From assembly GCA_036689265.1 (NCBI GenBank), contig CP144777.1:22196-86195 (forward strand): a DNA stretch of 64,000 nucleotides, written 5' to 3'. Shown here piece by piece: positions 33,994 to 44,884 of the stretch. Source of the stretch: Candidatus Stammera capleta (GTDB lineage: Bacteria > Pseudomonadota > Gammaproteobacteria > Enterobacterales > Enterobacteriaceae). Within the stretch, counting starts at the first letter, position 1; each line of letters begins with the position of its first letter. The position numbers were made by a program, and so were the translations under genes. The notes under the pieces were generated by a model. It was not told the origin of the DNA. It saw nothing but the letters and a program-made list of their open reading frames with translations, and searched no databases.

Positions 33994-34542
33994 ATGTCTC
34001 GTATAGGAAAAAAACCTGTTATTATTCCTAGTGATATTTTAGTATCAATATATAAAAATAAAATATTAATTGTTAAAGGTGTTTTGGTTTTGAAAAGAAT
34101 TATTCACCCTTCTGTTATTTTGAATATTATTGAAAATAGAATTCATTTTAGTTTAAATAAAGATAATTATTCTTCTAAAATGTGGTCTTATGTTGGAACT
34201 TATCGTTCTATAGTAAATAGTCTTATAAAAGGTATAAATAATAATTTTGAGAAACGATTAAGTCTTGTTGGTGTTGGATATAAAGCATTTATAAATGATA
34301 ATTTATTGATATTAAATTTAGGTTTTTCTCATGCAATTGAGTTTTTAATTCCCAAATATGTAGAAATAAGTTGTGTATCTTCAACTGAAATAGTTATAAA
34401 AAGTTATGATAAGCAATTAGTTGGTCAAATTGCTTCTAAAATAAGGTTAATTAAACCTCCTGAATCATATAAAAAAGGTAAAGGTATACGTTATTTAAAT
34501 GAAAATGTTCGTATTAAAGAACATAAGAAGAAAACTAAATAA
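33994..34542 (+). CDS. rplF: 50S ribosomal protein L6
   Basis: 182-aa [26 protein letters not shown] and [13 protein letters not shown] match L6. Confidence 0.95.
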   Translation: MSRIGKKPVIIPSDILVSIYKNKILIVKGVLVLKRIIHPSVILNIIENRIHFSLNKDNYSSKMWSYVGTYRSIVNSLIKGINNNFEKRLSLVGVGYKAFINDNLLILNLGFSHAIEFLIPKYVEISCVSSTEIVIKSYDKQLVGQIASKIRLIKPPESYKKGKGIRYLNENVRIKEHKKKTK

Positions 34543-34564
34543 AAATTTTAATTTAGGTTATTTT

Positions 34565-34918
34565 ATGTTAAACAAAAAAAAAAAAAGATATCGTAGGTCA
34601 ATTAAATTACGCTTTAAATATAATATTTCAAAAAAAAATAGATTAGTTGTTAATAGAACTTTAAATAATATATATGCACAAATTATTTCTTTTGATGGAA
34701 ATGTTATAGTTTCATCTTCTACATTAGAAAAAAATATTTATATTAATTTAAAATCTACTGGAAATGTTATTGCGGCAAAAGAAGTTGGTAGAGTTATAGC
34801 TGAAAGATCTATAAAAAAGGGTATAGTTAATGTTGTATTTGATCGTTCTGGTTATAAATATCATGGTGTTATAAAATCATTAGCTGAATCTGCTCGTGAT
34901 AATGGTTTATTGTTTTAA
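34565..34918 (+). CDS. rplR: 50S ribosomal protein L18
   Basis: The ORF track opens at 34499 inside rplF. ATG 34565 gives a 117-aa protein with [34 protein letters not shown] and [25 protein letters not shown], all L18 hallmarks. Confidence 0.94.
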   Translation: MLNKKKKRYRRSIKLRFKYNISKKNRLVVNRTLNNIYAQIISFDGNVIVSSSTLEKNIYINLKSTGNVIAAKEVGRVIAERSIKKGIVNVVFDRSGYKYHGVIKSLAESARDNGLLF

Positions 34919-34938
34919 TTTGTTTTAATTTTATATTT

Positions 34939-35451
34939 ATGATAAATATGAATATTAGTAAATTGGATAATGTTGAATTTATTGAAAGATTAGTTATGGT
35001 TAATAGAGTTTCTAAAACAGTTAAAGGTGGTAGAGTATTTTCATTTGCTGTTTTAACTGTAGTTGGTGATGGAAATGGAAGGGTTGGTTATGGTTATGGA
35101 AAGGCTCGAGAAGTTCCTTTGGCTATTCAAAAATCTATTGATAAGTCTCGTAAAAATATGTTTAAAATATATTTAAATAAAAGAAATTCTTTAATGCATT
35201 CTGTTGTTGGAAGTTATACTAGTTCTGTTGTATTTATGAAACCAGCAGTTGAAGGTACAGGCATAATAGCTGGTGGAGCTATGAGAGCTATTTTTGAAGT
35301 TGTAGGAATTAAAAATGTTTTAGCTAAATCTTTTGGATCTAATAATCCTATAAATATGGTAAAAGCAACTATTAATGCTTTATTAAGTATACAATCTCCT
35401 TATTTTGTTGCTTTAAAAAGAGGTAAATCTATTAAAAGTATGTTTACTTAA
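34939..35451 (+). CDS. rpsE: 30S ribosomal protein S5
   Basis: 170-aa [49 protein letters not shown] and [40 protein letters not shown] are near-identical to E. coli S5. ATG 34948 is an alternative start. Confidence 0.96.
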   Translation: MINMNISKLDNVEFIERLVMVNRVSKTVKGGRVFSFAVLTVVGDGNGRVGYGYGKAREVPLAIQKSIDKSRKNMFKIYLNKRNSLMHSVVGSYTSSVVFMKPAVEGTGIIAGGAMRAIFEVVGIKNVLAKSFGSNNPINMVKATINALLSIQSPYFVALKRGKSIKSMFT

Positions 35452-35474
35452 TGATAATTATATATTAATATTAT

Positions 35475-35666
35475 ATGTTAAAAAAAATAAAAGTTTTTCA
35501 AATAAAAAGTTCAATTGGTTGTAATTTAAAACAGAAATCTACTTTAAAAGGATTAGGTTTATTTGGTATTGGTACTTTTAGTATTCATGATGATACTCCA
35601 TCTATTAGGGGTATGATTAAAAAAATTATACATATGGTTAAAGTAAATGAAATTATCTTTAAATAA
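35475..35666 (+). CDS. rpmD: 50S ribosomal protein L30
   Basis: 63-aa ORF. IKSSIGCNLKQKSTLKGLGL and DTPSIRGMIKKIIHMVKV match L30. The last 20 nt overlap rplO. Confidence 0.92.
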   Translation: MLKKIKVFQIKSSIGCNLKQKSTLKGLGLFGIGTFSIHDDTPSIRGMIKKIIHMVKVNEIIFK

Positions 35667-36093
35667 TTTATATCCTAATAAAAAATCTAAATTTAAATCT
35701 AAACGTGTAGGTAGAGGTAGAGGAACAGGTTTAGGTAAAACTTGTGGTAAAGGTCATAAAGGTCAAAAATCTAGATCTGGAGGAAAAATTAGAAGAGGCT
35801 TTGAAGGTGGTCAAACCCCATTTTATAGACGTATACCTAAATTTGGTTTTAAAAGAAGAAAAAAAAAATGTGTTCAAGAACTAGGTTTATATAATTTAAA
35901 CAGATTAAATGATAATAATATTACTATTGATTTATTAAAAAGTAATGGTATTATTTCTTCCAAAATATGTTTTGTTAAAATAATATTAATTGGTAAATTA
36001 AATAAATCTGTTAACATATGTGATAAAAATATAAAAGTTTCATTGGGATCTAAAAAGAAAATAGAGTTATTTAATGGAAGAATTTGTTATTAG
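35647..36093 (+). CDS. rplO: 50S ribosomal protein L15
   Basis: 148-aa ORF. KRVGRGRGTGLGKTCGKGHKGQKSRSGGKIRRGFEGGQTPFYRRIPKFGF is colinear with E. coli L15. Confidence 0.96.
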   Translation: MKLSLNNLYPNKKSKFKSKRVGRGRGTGLGKTCGKGHKGQKSRSGGKIRRGFEGGQTPFYRRIPKFGFKRRKKKCVQELGLYNLNRLNDNNITIDLLKSNGIISSKICFVKIILIGKLNKSVNICDKNIKVSLGSKKKIELFNGRICY

Positions 36094-36098
36094 AATAT

Positions 36099-37415
36099 AT
36101 GAATATAAATAAAATATTATTTACTGGTATAAATTATAGTTTAAATGAATTAAAAGGAAGGTTATTTTTTTTGTTGTTTTCTATTTTTATTTTTCGTTTT
36201 GGTATATTTATACCTATTCCTGGAATAAATTTGTATTTATTGTCTGATATGTTAAATAAAAATCATGGAACTTTTTGGGATATGTTTAATTTATTTTCTG
36301 GTGGATCTTTATTTCATGCTTCTGTTTTTACTTTAGGTATTATGCCTTATATATCATCGTCTATAATAATACAATTATTAACGTCTATTCATCCTAGTTT
36401 TGTTGAATTAAGGAAGGATGGTTCTAATGGTAGATATAAAATAAATAAATATACTAGGTATTTAACTTTATTTTTATCTATTTTTCAATCTGTGTTTGCT
36501 TCTTTTGTTTTCATTAATTTAAATAATTTACATAATATTTATTTTAATAAAAATTTTGTTTTTTATTTTGTAACTTTAACTAGTTTAGTTTCTGGAACAA
36601 TGTTTTTAATGTGGTTAGGTGAGCAAATAACTGAAAAAGGTTTAGGTAATGGTGTTTCAATGATAATATTTATTGGAATAATATCAAATTTACCTAATTC
36701 TTTGTATTTTTTAAGTAAAAATATTATATTGGATTTAAGTTTATTTTTTAGGTTATTTTTTGTTTTAGCAATTATTTTTTTAATTACTTTATTTGTTGTA
36801 TTTGTTGAGAGAGCTCAAAGAAAAATTTTAGTTCAATATGCATCTAGAAGAAAAAGAAGTAGTGTATATTTTTTTTTACATTTATCTCAGGACACTTTTT
36901 TGCCGTTAAAAATAAATATAGCTGGTGTTATACCAGCAATATTTTCTTCTAGTGTTATGATTTTTTCTTCTTCTTTTTTAGTTTGGTTAATGAATTTTAC
37001 AAAAATAAAGATAATAAGAATTTTTATTGGATTTTTCTTTTATAAACAATTTTTATATTTAGCTATATATTTGTTTTTTATAATGTTTTTTTGTTTTTTT
37101 TATACCATGTTAATTTTTAATGTTAAAGATACTGCTGATAATTTACATAAATCTGGTGCTTATATTCCAGGTGTTCGTCCAGGTGATAATACGTCTAAGT
37201 ATATTAGTAAAATTATTTCACGTTTAATTTTATTTGGTTCATTTTATGTTTGTATAGTATGTTTAGTTCCTGAATTTGTTAATGAAGTTGTTGGCGTTTC
37301 TGTTTATTTTAGTGGAACATCATTATTAATTGTTGTTGTAGTTATTGTAGATATTATTTCTCAAGTTCAAACATTAATTATGTCAAATAAATATTTGTCT
37401 TTTTTAAAAAAATAG
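36099..37415 (+). CDS. secY: protein translocase subunit SecY
   Basis: The ORF track opens at TTG 36084, overlapping the rplO stop. ATG 36099 is preferred. Multi-pass membrane protein with LNELKGRLFFLL, IPIPGIN, LGIMPYISSSIIIQLL, WLGEQITEKGLGNGVSMIIF and GAYIPGVRPG, all SecY blocks. Syntenic position at the end of spc. Confidence 0.95.
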   Translation: MNINKILFTGINYSLNELKGRLFFLLFSIFIFRFGIFIPIPGINLYLLSDMLNKNHGTFWDMFNLFSGGSLFHASVFTLGIMPYISSSIIIQLLTSIHPSFVELRKDGSNGRYKINKYTRYLTLFLSIFQSVFASFVFINLNNLHNIYFNKNFVFYFVTLTSLVSGTMFLMWLGEQITEKGLGNGVSMIIFIGIISNLPNSLYFLSKNIILDLSLFFRLFFVLAIIFLITLFVVFVERAQRKILVQYASRRKRSSVYFFLHLSQDTFLPLKINIAGVIPAIFSSSVMIFSSSFLVWLMNFTKIKIIRIFIGFFFYKQFLYLAIYLFFIMFFCFFYTMLIFNVKDTADNLHKSGAYIPGVRPGDNTSKYISKIISRLILFGSFYVCIVCLVPEFVNEVVGVSVYFSGTSLLIVVVVIVDIISQVQTLIMSNKYLSFLKK

Positions 37416-37424
37416 AGTTTTTAT

Positions 37425-37541
37425 ATGAAAGTTAGAGCATCTGTAAAAAAAATTTGCAATTATTGTAAAATAGTTAAAAGAAAAAGTGTGGTTCGTGTTA
37501 TTTGTACAAATGATCCTAAACATAAACAACGTCAAGGTTAG
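37425..37541 (+). CDS. rpmJ: 50S ribosomal protein L36
   Basis: Absent from the ORF track because it is too short. Manual translation gives [38 protein letters not shown] then TAG (38 aa), which matches E. coli L36 [38 protein letters not shown]. Conserved slot between secY and rpsM. Confidence 0.95.
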   Translation: MKVRASVKKICNYCKIVKRKSVVRVICTNDPKHKQRQG

Positions 37542-37561
37542 TATAAAAAAGGTTTTAGTTA

Positions 37562-37915
37562 ATGGTTAGAATATCTGGTATTAATATCCCTGATAATAAA
37601 AGGGTTTTAGTTGCTTTAACTTATATTTATGGTATAGGTAAATCTAAAGCTAAATTAATATGTAATTTGAGTAATATAAATTTTTATATTAAAATAAGTG
37701 AATTAAATGAAAAACAATTAGAGTTGGTAAGAATTAATGTTAATAATTTTATTTTAGAAGGTGATCTTAGAAGGGAAGTAATGTTGAATGTTAAGAGATT
37801 AATTGATATTAATTGTTATAGGGGTTTAAGACATAAAAAAGGATTACCAGTAAGAGGTCAAAGAACTAAAACTAATTCTAAAACTTGCAAAAAGTTACGT
37901 AAAAATTTTAAGTAA
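37562..37915 (+). CDS. rpsM: 30S ribosomal protein S13
   Basis: 117-aa [51 protein letters not shown]. Confidence 0.97.
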   Translation: MVRISGINIPDNKRVLVALTYIYGIGKSKAKLICNLSNINFYIKISELNEKQLELVRINVNNFILEGDLRREVMLNVKRLIDINCYRGLRHKKGLPVRGQRTKTNSKTCKKLRKNFK

Positions 37916-37944
37916 TTTTAAATTTATTTTTAAGGTTAATATTT

Positions 37945-38328
37945 ATGTCTAAACGTAAAACTAGGAAAAAAAATAAAAAGATAGTATTGGATGGTATTGC
38001 TTATATACATGCTTCATTTAATAATACTATAATTAGTATTACTGATTTAAAAGGTAATGTTTTAGGTTGGAGTACTTCTGGTGGTTCTGGATTTAGAGGT
38101 TCTAGAAAGTCAACACCTTTTGCCGCTCAAGTTGCTACTGAAAAATGTTCTGAGTTAGTTAAACAGTATGGAGTAAAAAATTTAGAGGTTGTAGTTAGTG
38201 GTCCTGGTCCTGGAAGAGAGTCTAGTATTAGAGCGTTAAATGTTGCTGGTTTTAATATTACTAATATTAGTGATGTTACTCCTATTCCTCATAATGGTTG
38301 TCGTCCTCCAAAAAAACGAAGAGTTTAG
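37945..38328 (+). CDS. rpsK: 30S ribosomal protein S11
   Basis: 127-aa [53 protein letters not shown]. Confidence 0.98.
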   Translation: MSKRKTRKKNKKIVLDGIAYIHASFNNTIISITDLKGNVLGWSTSGGSGFRGSRKSTPFAAQVATEKCSELVKQYGVKNLEVVVSGPGPGRESSIRALNVAGFNITNISDVTPIPHNGCRPPKKRRV

Positions 38329-38364
38329 TGTTATTAAAAATTTAAGTTTGTAATATTTATAAAA

Positions 38365-38985
38365 ATGTCAAAATATTTAGGTCCTAAATTAAAATTGAGT
38401 CGTCGTGAAAATTTTGATTTATTTTTAAAATCTGGTTTACGTGATATTAAAAAAAAATGTAAAATTGATCGTTTTCCAGGTCAACATGGTTATAGAAAAT
38501 TAAGATTATCTGGTTATGGTATTCAATTACGTGAAAAACAAAAATTACGTCGTATGTATGGTGTTTTGGAAAGACAATTTTTAGGTTATTATAAAAAAGC
38601 AATTCGTAAGAAAGGAAATACAGGAGATTTATTATTGCAGTTTTTAGAAAGAAGATTAGATAATGTTGTTTATAGAATGGGTTTTGGTTCTACTCGTTAT
38701 GAAGCACGTCAGTTAGTTAATCATAAATCAATTTTGGTAAATAATAATGTTATTAATATTCCATCTTTTTTGTTATCTCCAAATGATATTGTTAAAGTAT
38801 GTTTAAAATCAAGAAATCAAATGAGAATTAAATATTCTATAGAATTATCTAAGAATCGTGAAATTCCTTCATGGTTAGATGTTGATATTGATAATATGGA
38901 AGGTGTTTTTAAATATATACCTGATAGAAATCTTTTTTTAGTTGATATAAATGAACATCTTATTATAGAATTTTATTCTAAGTAA
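38365..38985 (+). CDS. rpsD: 30S ribosomal protein S4
   Basis: 206-aa [71 protein letters not shown]. Confidence 0.97.
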   Translation: MSKYLGPKLKLSRRENFDLFLKSGLRDIKKKCKIDRFPGQHGYRKLRLSGYGIQLREKQKLRRMYGVLERQFLGYYKKAIRKKGNTGDLLLQFLERRLDNVVYRMGFGSTRYEARQLVNHKSILVNNNVINIPSFLLSPNDIVKVCLKSRNQMRIKYSIELSKNREIPSWLDVDIDNMEGVFKYIPDRNLFLVDINEHLIIEFYSK

Positions 38986-38999
38986 AATTTAAGGTTTAT

Positions 39000-39995
39000 A
39001 TGTCTAGTTCATTGTTAGATTTACTTAAACCAAAATTAGTATCTGTAGAACGTGTTACTTCTACTTATTCTAAGGTTATATTAGAACCTTTAGAACGAGG
39101 TTTTGGTTATACATTAGGTAATGCTTTGAGACGAATTTTATTATCTTCTATGCCTGGATATGCTGTGTCTGAGGTTGAAATTGATGGTGTTTTACATGAA
39201 TATAGTGTAAAAGAAGGTGTATTGGAAGATATAGTAGAAATAATTTTGAATTTAAAAAAATTAGCTATAAAATCAAATTGTAATAAAAGTGAATTATTTT
39301 TGTTTTTAAAGAAATCAGGTGTTGGTCCTGTATTTGCTTCTGATTTTGTTTGTGATCAGGATATTGAAATAATTAATTTTGATCATATTATATGCAATTT
39401 GACTGATATTAATTCTTCTATTGATATGAAAGTTAAAATTCAGTATGGGAGAGGTTATGTATCTGCATATTCTAGGATTAATAGTTTAAAAAAGAAAAAT
39501 ATAAATGTTTTATTAGGTAGGTTGTTAGTGGATTCTTTACATAGTCCTGTTGAAAAAGTTTCATATAGAGTTGAATCTGCAAGGGTTAAACAACGTACTG
39601 ATTTAGATAAATTAATTATGGAAATAGAAACAAATGGAACTTTGGATCCTGAAGATGCTATACGTAAATCTGCCACTATATTATCTGATCAATTAGAAAC
39701 TTTTATATATTTAAAGAATATTGATAAACCTAAAATTGTTGAAAATAAACCTGAATTTAACCCTGTTTTATTATGTTCAGTTGATGATTTAGAATTAACT
39801 GTAAGATCTGCTAATTGTTTAAAAGCTGAATCTATAAATTATATAGGTGATTTAGTTCAAAGAACAGAGGTTGAGTTACTTAAAACTCCAAATTTAGGAA
39901 AAAAATCTTTAACTGAAATAAAAGATATTTTAGCAACTAAAGGTTTAACTTTGGGTATGAAATTAGAAAATTGGCCACCCGTTTTTACTGAATAA
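39000..39995 (+). CDS. rpoA: DNA-directed RNA polymerase subunit alpha
   Basis: 331-aa [45 protein letters not shown] and the C-terminal-domain block [49 protein letters not shown]. Confidence 0.98.
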   Translation: MSSSLLDLLKPKLVSVERVTSTYSKVILEPLERGFGYTLGNALRRILLSSMPGYAVSEVEIDGVLHEYSVKEGVLEDIVEIILNLKKLAIKSNCNKSELFLFLKKSGVGPVFASDFVCDQDIEIINFDHIICNLTDINSSIDMKVKIQYGRGYVSAYSRINSLKKKNINVLLGRLLVDSLHSPVEKVSYRVESARVKQRTDLDKLIMEIETNGTLDPEDAIRKSATILSDQLETFIYLKNIDKPKIVENKPEFNPVLLCSVDDLELTVRSANCLKAESINYIGDLVQRTEVELLKTPNLGKKSLTEIKDILATKGLTLGMKLENWPPVFTE

Positions 39996-40011
39996 TTTTT
40001 TAGGAAAATAT

Positions 40012-40374
40012 ATGCGTCATAGAAAATATGGTCGTAAATTAAATAGAAATAGTAGTCATAGAAAGTCTATGTTTAGAAACATGTTAATATCAGTAATAAA
40101 ATATGAGATAATTAAAACTACTTTATTTAAAGCAAAAGAATTAAGTAAATTGTTAGAATTTTTTATAAATGTATCTAAAATAGATAATTTATCTAATAGA
40201 CGTTTATTGTATTCAAATATTGGTAATAAAAAAATAGTAAATAAATTATTTGTAAAATTTGGACCTAGATTTGTTGATCGTTGTGGTGGTTATACTAGAA
40301 TAGTTAAATGTGGTTTTAGAAATGGTGATAATTCATTATTATCATATATTGAAATATTAGGTAGAAATGTGTAG
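40012..40374 (+). CDS. rplQ: 50S ribosomal protein L17
   Basis: 120-aa ORF. MRHRKYGRKLNRNSSHRKSMFRNM, GGYTRIVKCGFRNGDN. Last gene of the alpha operon. Confidence 0.96.
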   Translation: MRHRKYGRKLNRNSSHRKSMFRNMLISVIKYEIIKTTLFKAKELSKLLEFFINVSKIDNLSNRRLLYSNIGNKKIVNKLFVKFGPRFVDRCGGYTRIVKCGFRNGDNSLLSYIEILGRNV

Positions 40375-40423
40375 TTAATTATATATATGTATTATATTAA
40401 TTTTCAAAAAAAAATATTTTTTT

Positions 40424-40876
40424 ATGAATGATTATGAAAAACATTTGTATTGGATGAGACATTCTTTATGTTTAGCAGACATATCTTATAATAATTTTGA
40501 GATACCTGTAGGATCTGTTGTTGTTTATAATAATATGTTAATATCTGAAGGTTGGAATAAATCAATTATGGATAATGATGTTACTTCTCATGCTGAAATA
40601 GTAGCTATTAGGAAAGCTAATTTTTTAGTTAATAATTATCGTTTGTTTAATTTTGATATTTATGTTACTTTGGAACCATGTTTGATGTGTTTAGGAGCTA
40701 TTATAAATAGTAGAATTAGTAATCTTTATTTTGGTGCTAGTAGTGATAGTTTTTCAGTTTTTTCTTTTATTAAAAAAGAATATATAAAAGTTAAATTGAA
40801 GGTTTATTCTGGATTTTTGAGAGATGAATGTTCTAATAAAATAAAAAATTTTTTTTTAAATTATTGTAGAGATTAA
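40424..40876 (+). CDS. tadA: tRNA-specific adenosine deaminase
   Basis: 150-aa ORF with the CDA-fold zinc motifs HAEIVAIRKA and TLEPCLMCLGAI. Size and pattern fit TadA. Confidence 0.85.
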   Translation: MNDYEKHLYWMRHSLCLADISYNNFEIPVGSVVVYNNMLISEGWNKSIMDNDVTSHAEIVAIRKANFLVNNYRLFNFDIYVTLEPCLMCLGAIINSRISNLYFGASSDSFSVFSFIKKEYIKVKLKVYSGFLRDECSNKIKNFFLNYCRD

Positions 40877-40907
40877 TTTTTTATTTATTTTAGTGTGTAA
40901 ATTTTTT

Positions 40908-42005
40908 ATGAGACCTATATTTGTAGATATTAATATATGTAATTTAAAAAGAAATAATAAATTAATTAGAAATTTGTGTATTAATAAAAAAATATGGTTG
41001 GTTTTGAAGGCTAATGCTTATGGTCATGGTTTAAAGAATATATATTTTGGTTTAAATAATAATGATATTGATGGTTTAGCTGTTTTAAGTATTGATGAAG
41101 CTATTTTGTTACGTAATTTAGGGTTTAATAAATTAATATTATTATTAGAAGGATTTTTTGATTTGGAAGAATTAAAGTTGTGTTTAAAATTTAATTTTAT
41201 TATTGTTATTCATAGTAAGTGGCAAATATATTTATTAAAAAAAGTAATAATTTATAACAAAATAGATGTTTTTTTAAAAATAAATTTTAATTTGAATAGA
41301 TTAGGTTTTAGTTTGGATAAAATAAGTGAAATATTTTTTATTTTAAAAAATATTAATAATATTAGATATATATCTTTAATGTTACATTTTTCTAAATCTG
41401 ATAATTATGTTGAATTTAATAAATATATAGATAAATATATTAAATTATTGTTGAATTTAAATTTAAAATTTAAATATACATCTATTTTTAGTTCTTCAGG
41501 TATTATTTGGCATTTAAATAAAATAAAAAGTGATTGGGTAAGAGCAGGAATAATTTTATATGGTTCTTCACCAACAAATAATTATTTGGATATAGTAAAT
41601 TATGGTTTCAAACCAGTTATGACGTTTAGAAGTGAAATTATTTGTATACAGAAAGTTAAATTTGGTCATAATATAGGATATGGAGTTAATTATATATCTG
41701 ATAGAGATAGATTTATAGGTATTGTTGCTTGTGGTTATGCTGATGGTTATCCTAGACAATTATCTAATAGATCTTTTGTATTAATAGATAATTATTTTAA
41801 GTGTAAAGTTATTGGTTCTATTTTTATGGATATGATGATTGTTGATTTATTAAATAATAGAAATATTTTTATAGGTTCTAAAGTTGAATTATGGGGAGAA
41901 TATGTTTGCATTGATCATATAGCTAAATTAGCTAATACTATTAATTATCATTTAATGTGTTCCATTAATTTCAATAGGGTTAAATTTAATTTAATAGATA
42001 GTTAA
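40908..42005 (+). CDS. alr: alanine racemase
   Basis: PLP-lysine motif LVLKANAYGHGL, then VRAGIILYG and GYADGYPR. The ORF track opens at GTG 40893. ATG 40908 is preferred by alignment to the E. coli Alr N-terminus. Confidence 0.9.
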   Translation: MRPIFVDINICNLKRNNKLIRNLCINKKIWLVLKANAYGHGLKNIYFGLNNNDIDGLAVLSIDEAILLRNLGFNKLILLLEGFFDLEELKLCLKFNFIIVIHSKWQIYLLKKVIIYNKIDVFLKINFNLNRLGFSLDKISEIFFILKNINNIRYISLMLHFSKSDNYVEFNKYIDKYIKLLLNLNLKFKYTSIFSSSGIIWHLNKIKSDWVRAGIILYGSSPTNNYLDIVNYGFKPVMTFRSEIICIQKVKFGHNIGYGVNYISDRDRFIGIVACGYADGYPRQLSNRSFVLIDNYFKCKVIGSIFMDMMIVDLLNNRNIFIGSKVELWGEYVCIDHIAKLANTINYHLMCSINFNRVKFNLIDS

Positions 42006-42042
42006 TTAATTATAAATATATTTTTCTATTTTTTTTATAAAG

Positions 42043-42903
42043 ATGATTACTTTTCAAAATTTAATTTTTATTTTACAAAAATATTGGTCTGGTGTTGGAT
42101 GTAATATTATTCAATCTTTTGATTTAGAAATTGGTGCAGCTACTTTTCATCCAATAACTTTTTTTAGTTTTTTTTCAGAAGAAACAAAATTTTTTTCTTA
42201 TGTTCAAGTATGTAGAAGACCTTCTGATAATAAATTTATTAATTCTGGTAATAGACTTCAACAATATTATCAATTTCAGGTTATAATTAAACCTTCAGTA
42301 CATAATTTGCAAGATTTGTATTTGAATTCTTTGAAATGTGTAGGTATAAATTTTGATTTATGTGAATTACGTTTTGTAGAAGACAATTGGGAAAATCCTA
42401 CTTTAGGTGCATATGGTGTTGGTTGGGAAGTTTGGTTAGATGGAATGGAGATAAGTCAATTTACATATTTGAAACAGATGGCAGGTATAAATTGTAAATG
42501 TATTTTTGCAGAAATTACTTACGGGTTAGAAAGATTATCTCTTTATTTGCAAAAAAAAGATAATATATATGATATTATATGGAATAAAAACCATTTAGGT
42601 GATTTGAAATATGGTGATCTTTTTTTTAAAAATGAGTTAGATAAATCATATTTTAATTTATATGGATCTGATGTTAATTTTTTATTTTCTAGTTTTAATT
42701 TTTATGAAATGCAATCTAGAAGGTTATTAAATTTAGATAATGTTTGTTTATATCAATCTTATGAATTTGTTATAAAAATGGTTCATGTTTTTAATTTGTT
42801 AGATTCTAGAAATTGTTTATCTGATATAAAGAGACAAAATTTGATTTTACGTACTAGAAGTTTGTTTAATAATATAGCTAATATATATATAAGTAGTATA
42901 TAA
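42043..42903 (+). CDS. glyQ: glycine--tRNA ligase alpha subunit
   Basis: 286-aa ORF. FQNLIFILQKYW, YVQVCRRPSD, LQQYYQFQVIIKPS, RFVEDNWENPTLGAYGVGWEVWLDGMEISQFTY, EITYGLERL. Colinear with E. coli GlyQ. Confidence 0.96.
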   Translation: MITFQNLIFILQKYWSGVGCNIIQSFDLEIGAATFHPITFFSFFSEETKFFSYVQVCRRPSDNKFINSGNRLQQYYQFQVIIKPSVHNLQDLYLNSLKCVGINFDLCELRFVEDNWENPTLGAYGVGWEVWLDGMEISQFTYLKQMAGINCKCIFAEITYGLERLSLYLQKKDNIYDIIWNKNHLGDLKYGDLFFKNELDKSYFNLYGSDVNFLFSSFNFYEMQSRRLLNLDNVCLYQSYEFVIKMVHVFNLLDSRNCLSDIKRQNLILRTRSLFNNIANIYISSI

Positions 42904-42907
42904 ACAA

Positions 42908-44884
42908 ATGTATAAAAATAATTTTTTATTAATAGAAATTTTTTTTGAAGAGTTACCATCTATATATGTGATTAAATTAAATAATAATTTTATTAAAAAT
43001 AAGATTGGTAATTTTATTGATGATTTTTTTTTTTATTCTCATATAGAATTTTATGTTACTTTAAGAAGAATATCTTTTGTAATTAATAATGTTAGATGTG
43101 TAAATAATTTAAATAGACATAAATTTAAAAGTAAAATAATAAATTTAATAAAAAATTATTTATTTGTTTTTTTAAATAAATTATTTAAAGATTTTGTTTT
43201 AGTTAAATTTGATAAGAAGGATTTTAAATTTTTTTGTCCTATACGTAATGTTGTTATATTATTAAATAGTAGTGTAGTTGATGTAAAAATATTTAATTTT
43301 TTTCCTGTAGAAATATCGTATGGAAATAAATTTGTTGGATGTTCACATATTATAATAAGTCATGTTAATAATTATGTTTCTTATTTATATAATTATGGGA
43401 AAGTTATTTTAGATTTTGATGAACGTAAAAATAAAATTGTTCAGTTTTTAAGGTTGTTGTTTTTAAAAAAGAAATATAATTTTAAGTATGATGATTATTT
43501 TTTAAATGTTGTTTCTTCAATGATTGAATATCCAGTTTTTGTTATATCTAAATTTTCAGATAAATTTTTATTTCTTCCTATTGAGATTTTGTTATATATA
43601 ATTAAGGATTTATATAGATGTTTTCCTATATTTAATAGCAAAAATAGTTTAACTAATAATTTTTTAATTGTAACTGAGATAAATGAACATGATGATAATT
43701 TGTTAAATATACAAATTAATTATAGAAAAAATATTGAATATAAGTTATCTAATGTATTGGAATTATATTATATTGATGTAAAAAATAATTTGATAAATTA
43801 TTTACCTAAATTAAAAGAGATTATTTTTTTTGATTATTTAGGAAATTTATATGATAAAACTAAAAGAATAAGACTTTTATCTATTAAAATATTTATTATT
43901 CTTAAAATGAAGTTTGATAAATGGGTATTATTTCGTTCTATTAGTTTAATTAAATGTGATTTATCTACTTCTTTATGTAAAGAATATATGAATTTTAAAG
44001 GTGTTATTGGAATGTATTATTCTTTTTTAAGCAAAGAATCTTTTTATATATCATTGATTATTAAAGAACATTATTATCCAAGGTATTTTTATGATAAATT
44101 ACCTTCTAATTTTTATAGTAAAATAATTTCTTTAAGTGATAAAATAGATACTGTTGTTGGAATATTATTATATGATTTATATTTTAGTGATAGTGTTTTT
44201 TATCATAAAGTTAAATGTAGTAATGATCCTTATGGTGTAAAAAAATTAGTTTCTGTTATATTAAGATTGATTTTAGTTAGTAAATTATGTATTAATTTAT
44301 TTGTTTTAGTTAAATTTTCTGTGTTGTTGTTTAATTTTATGTTTAAAATTACTAATTTTAAATATGATTGTGTTAATTATATAATGTGTTTTTTTTATAA
44401 ACGTTTGTTTAATTATTTTGTTAATTTAGGTTATGAAAAAAAAATAGTAAATTCTTTCATTAATTTAAAGATTAATAATATTTTTGATATTGAAAATAGG
44501 ATTAATATTATTAGTCAATTAAAAGATTATGATATTTTTTTAAGTTTAATTAGTACTGTTAAAAGAATTAGAAATATAATTTATAAAAGTAGATTTATTA
44601 TTAATAAAGAAAAATTTAATGTTTTATATTTTATTAATAGAGAAGAATTTTTATTATATGATTATTTGTTATTTTTTGATGAACAAATAAAAATTTTTAA
44701 TTTAGATTTTAATTTTTATAATATAGTTGATGTTATGTTTTTATCATTTATTAAAATTAAAAATTTTTTTAATAATGTAAAAATAAATTCAGATAATTAT
44801 TTTTTGACTAATAATAGATTATTTTTGTTAAATGAATTGTATAAAAAATTTTTAAGTATTATTGATTTTTCTGTATTTTATTAA
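42908..44884 (+). CDS. glyS: glycine--tRNA ligase beta subunit (highly diverged)
   Basis: 658-aa ORF immediately after glyQ. The N-terminal FLLIEIFFEELPS matches E. coli TFLVEIGTEELPP, and ISYGN fits the GlyS HRF/SRGH region loosely. The remainder is extremely Phe/Asn/Ile/Lys-biased. The call rests on synteny, length and the N-terminal motif. Confidence 0.82.
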   Translation: MYKNNFLLIEIFFEELPSIYVIKLNNNFIKNKIGNFIDDFFFYSHIEFYVTLRRISFVINNVRCVNNLNRHKFKSKIINLIKNYLFVFLNKLFKDFVLVKFDKKDFKFFCPIRNVVILLNSSVVDVKIFNFFPVEISYGNKFVGCSHIIISHVNNYVSYLYNYGKVILDFDERKNKIVQFLRLLFLKKKYNFKYDDYFLNVVSSMIEYPVFVISKFSDKFLFLPIEILLYIIKDLYRCFPIFNSKNSLTNNFLIVTEINEHDDNLLNIQINYRKNIEYKLSNVLELYYIDVKNNLINYLPKLKEIIFFDYLGNLYDKTKRIRLLSIKIFIILKMKFDKWVLFRSISLIKCDLSTSLCKEYMNFKGVIGMYYSFLSKESFYISLIIKEHYYPRYFYDKLPSNFYSKIISLSDKIDTVVGILLYDLYFSDSVFYHKVKCSNDPYGVKKLVSVILRLILVSKLCINLFVLVKFSVLLFNFMFKITNFKYDCVNYIMCFFYKRLFNYFVNLGYEKKIVNSFINLKINNIFDIENRINIISQLKDYDIFLSLISTVKRIRNIIYKSRFIINKEKFNVLYFINREEFLLYDYLLFFDEQIKIFNLDFNFYNIVDVMFLSFIKIKNFFNNVKINSDNYFLTNNRLFLLNELYKKFLSIIDFSVFY

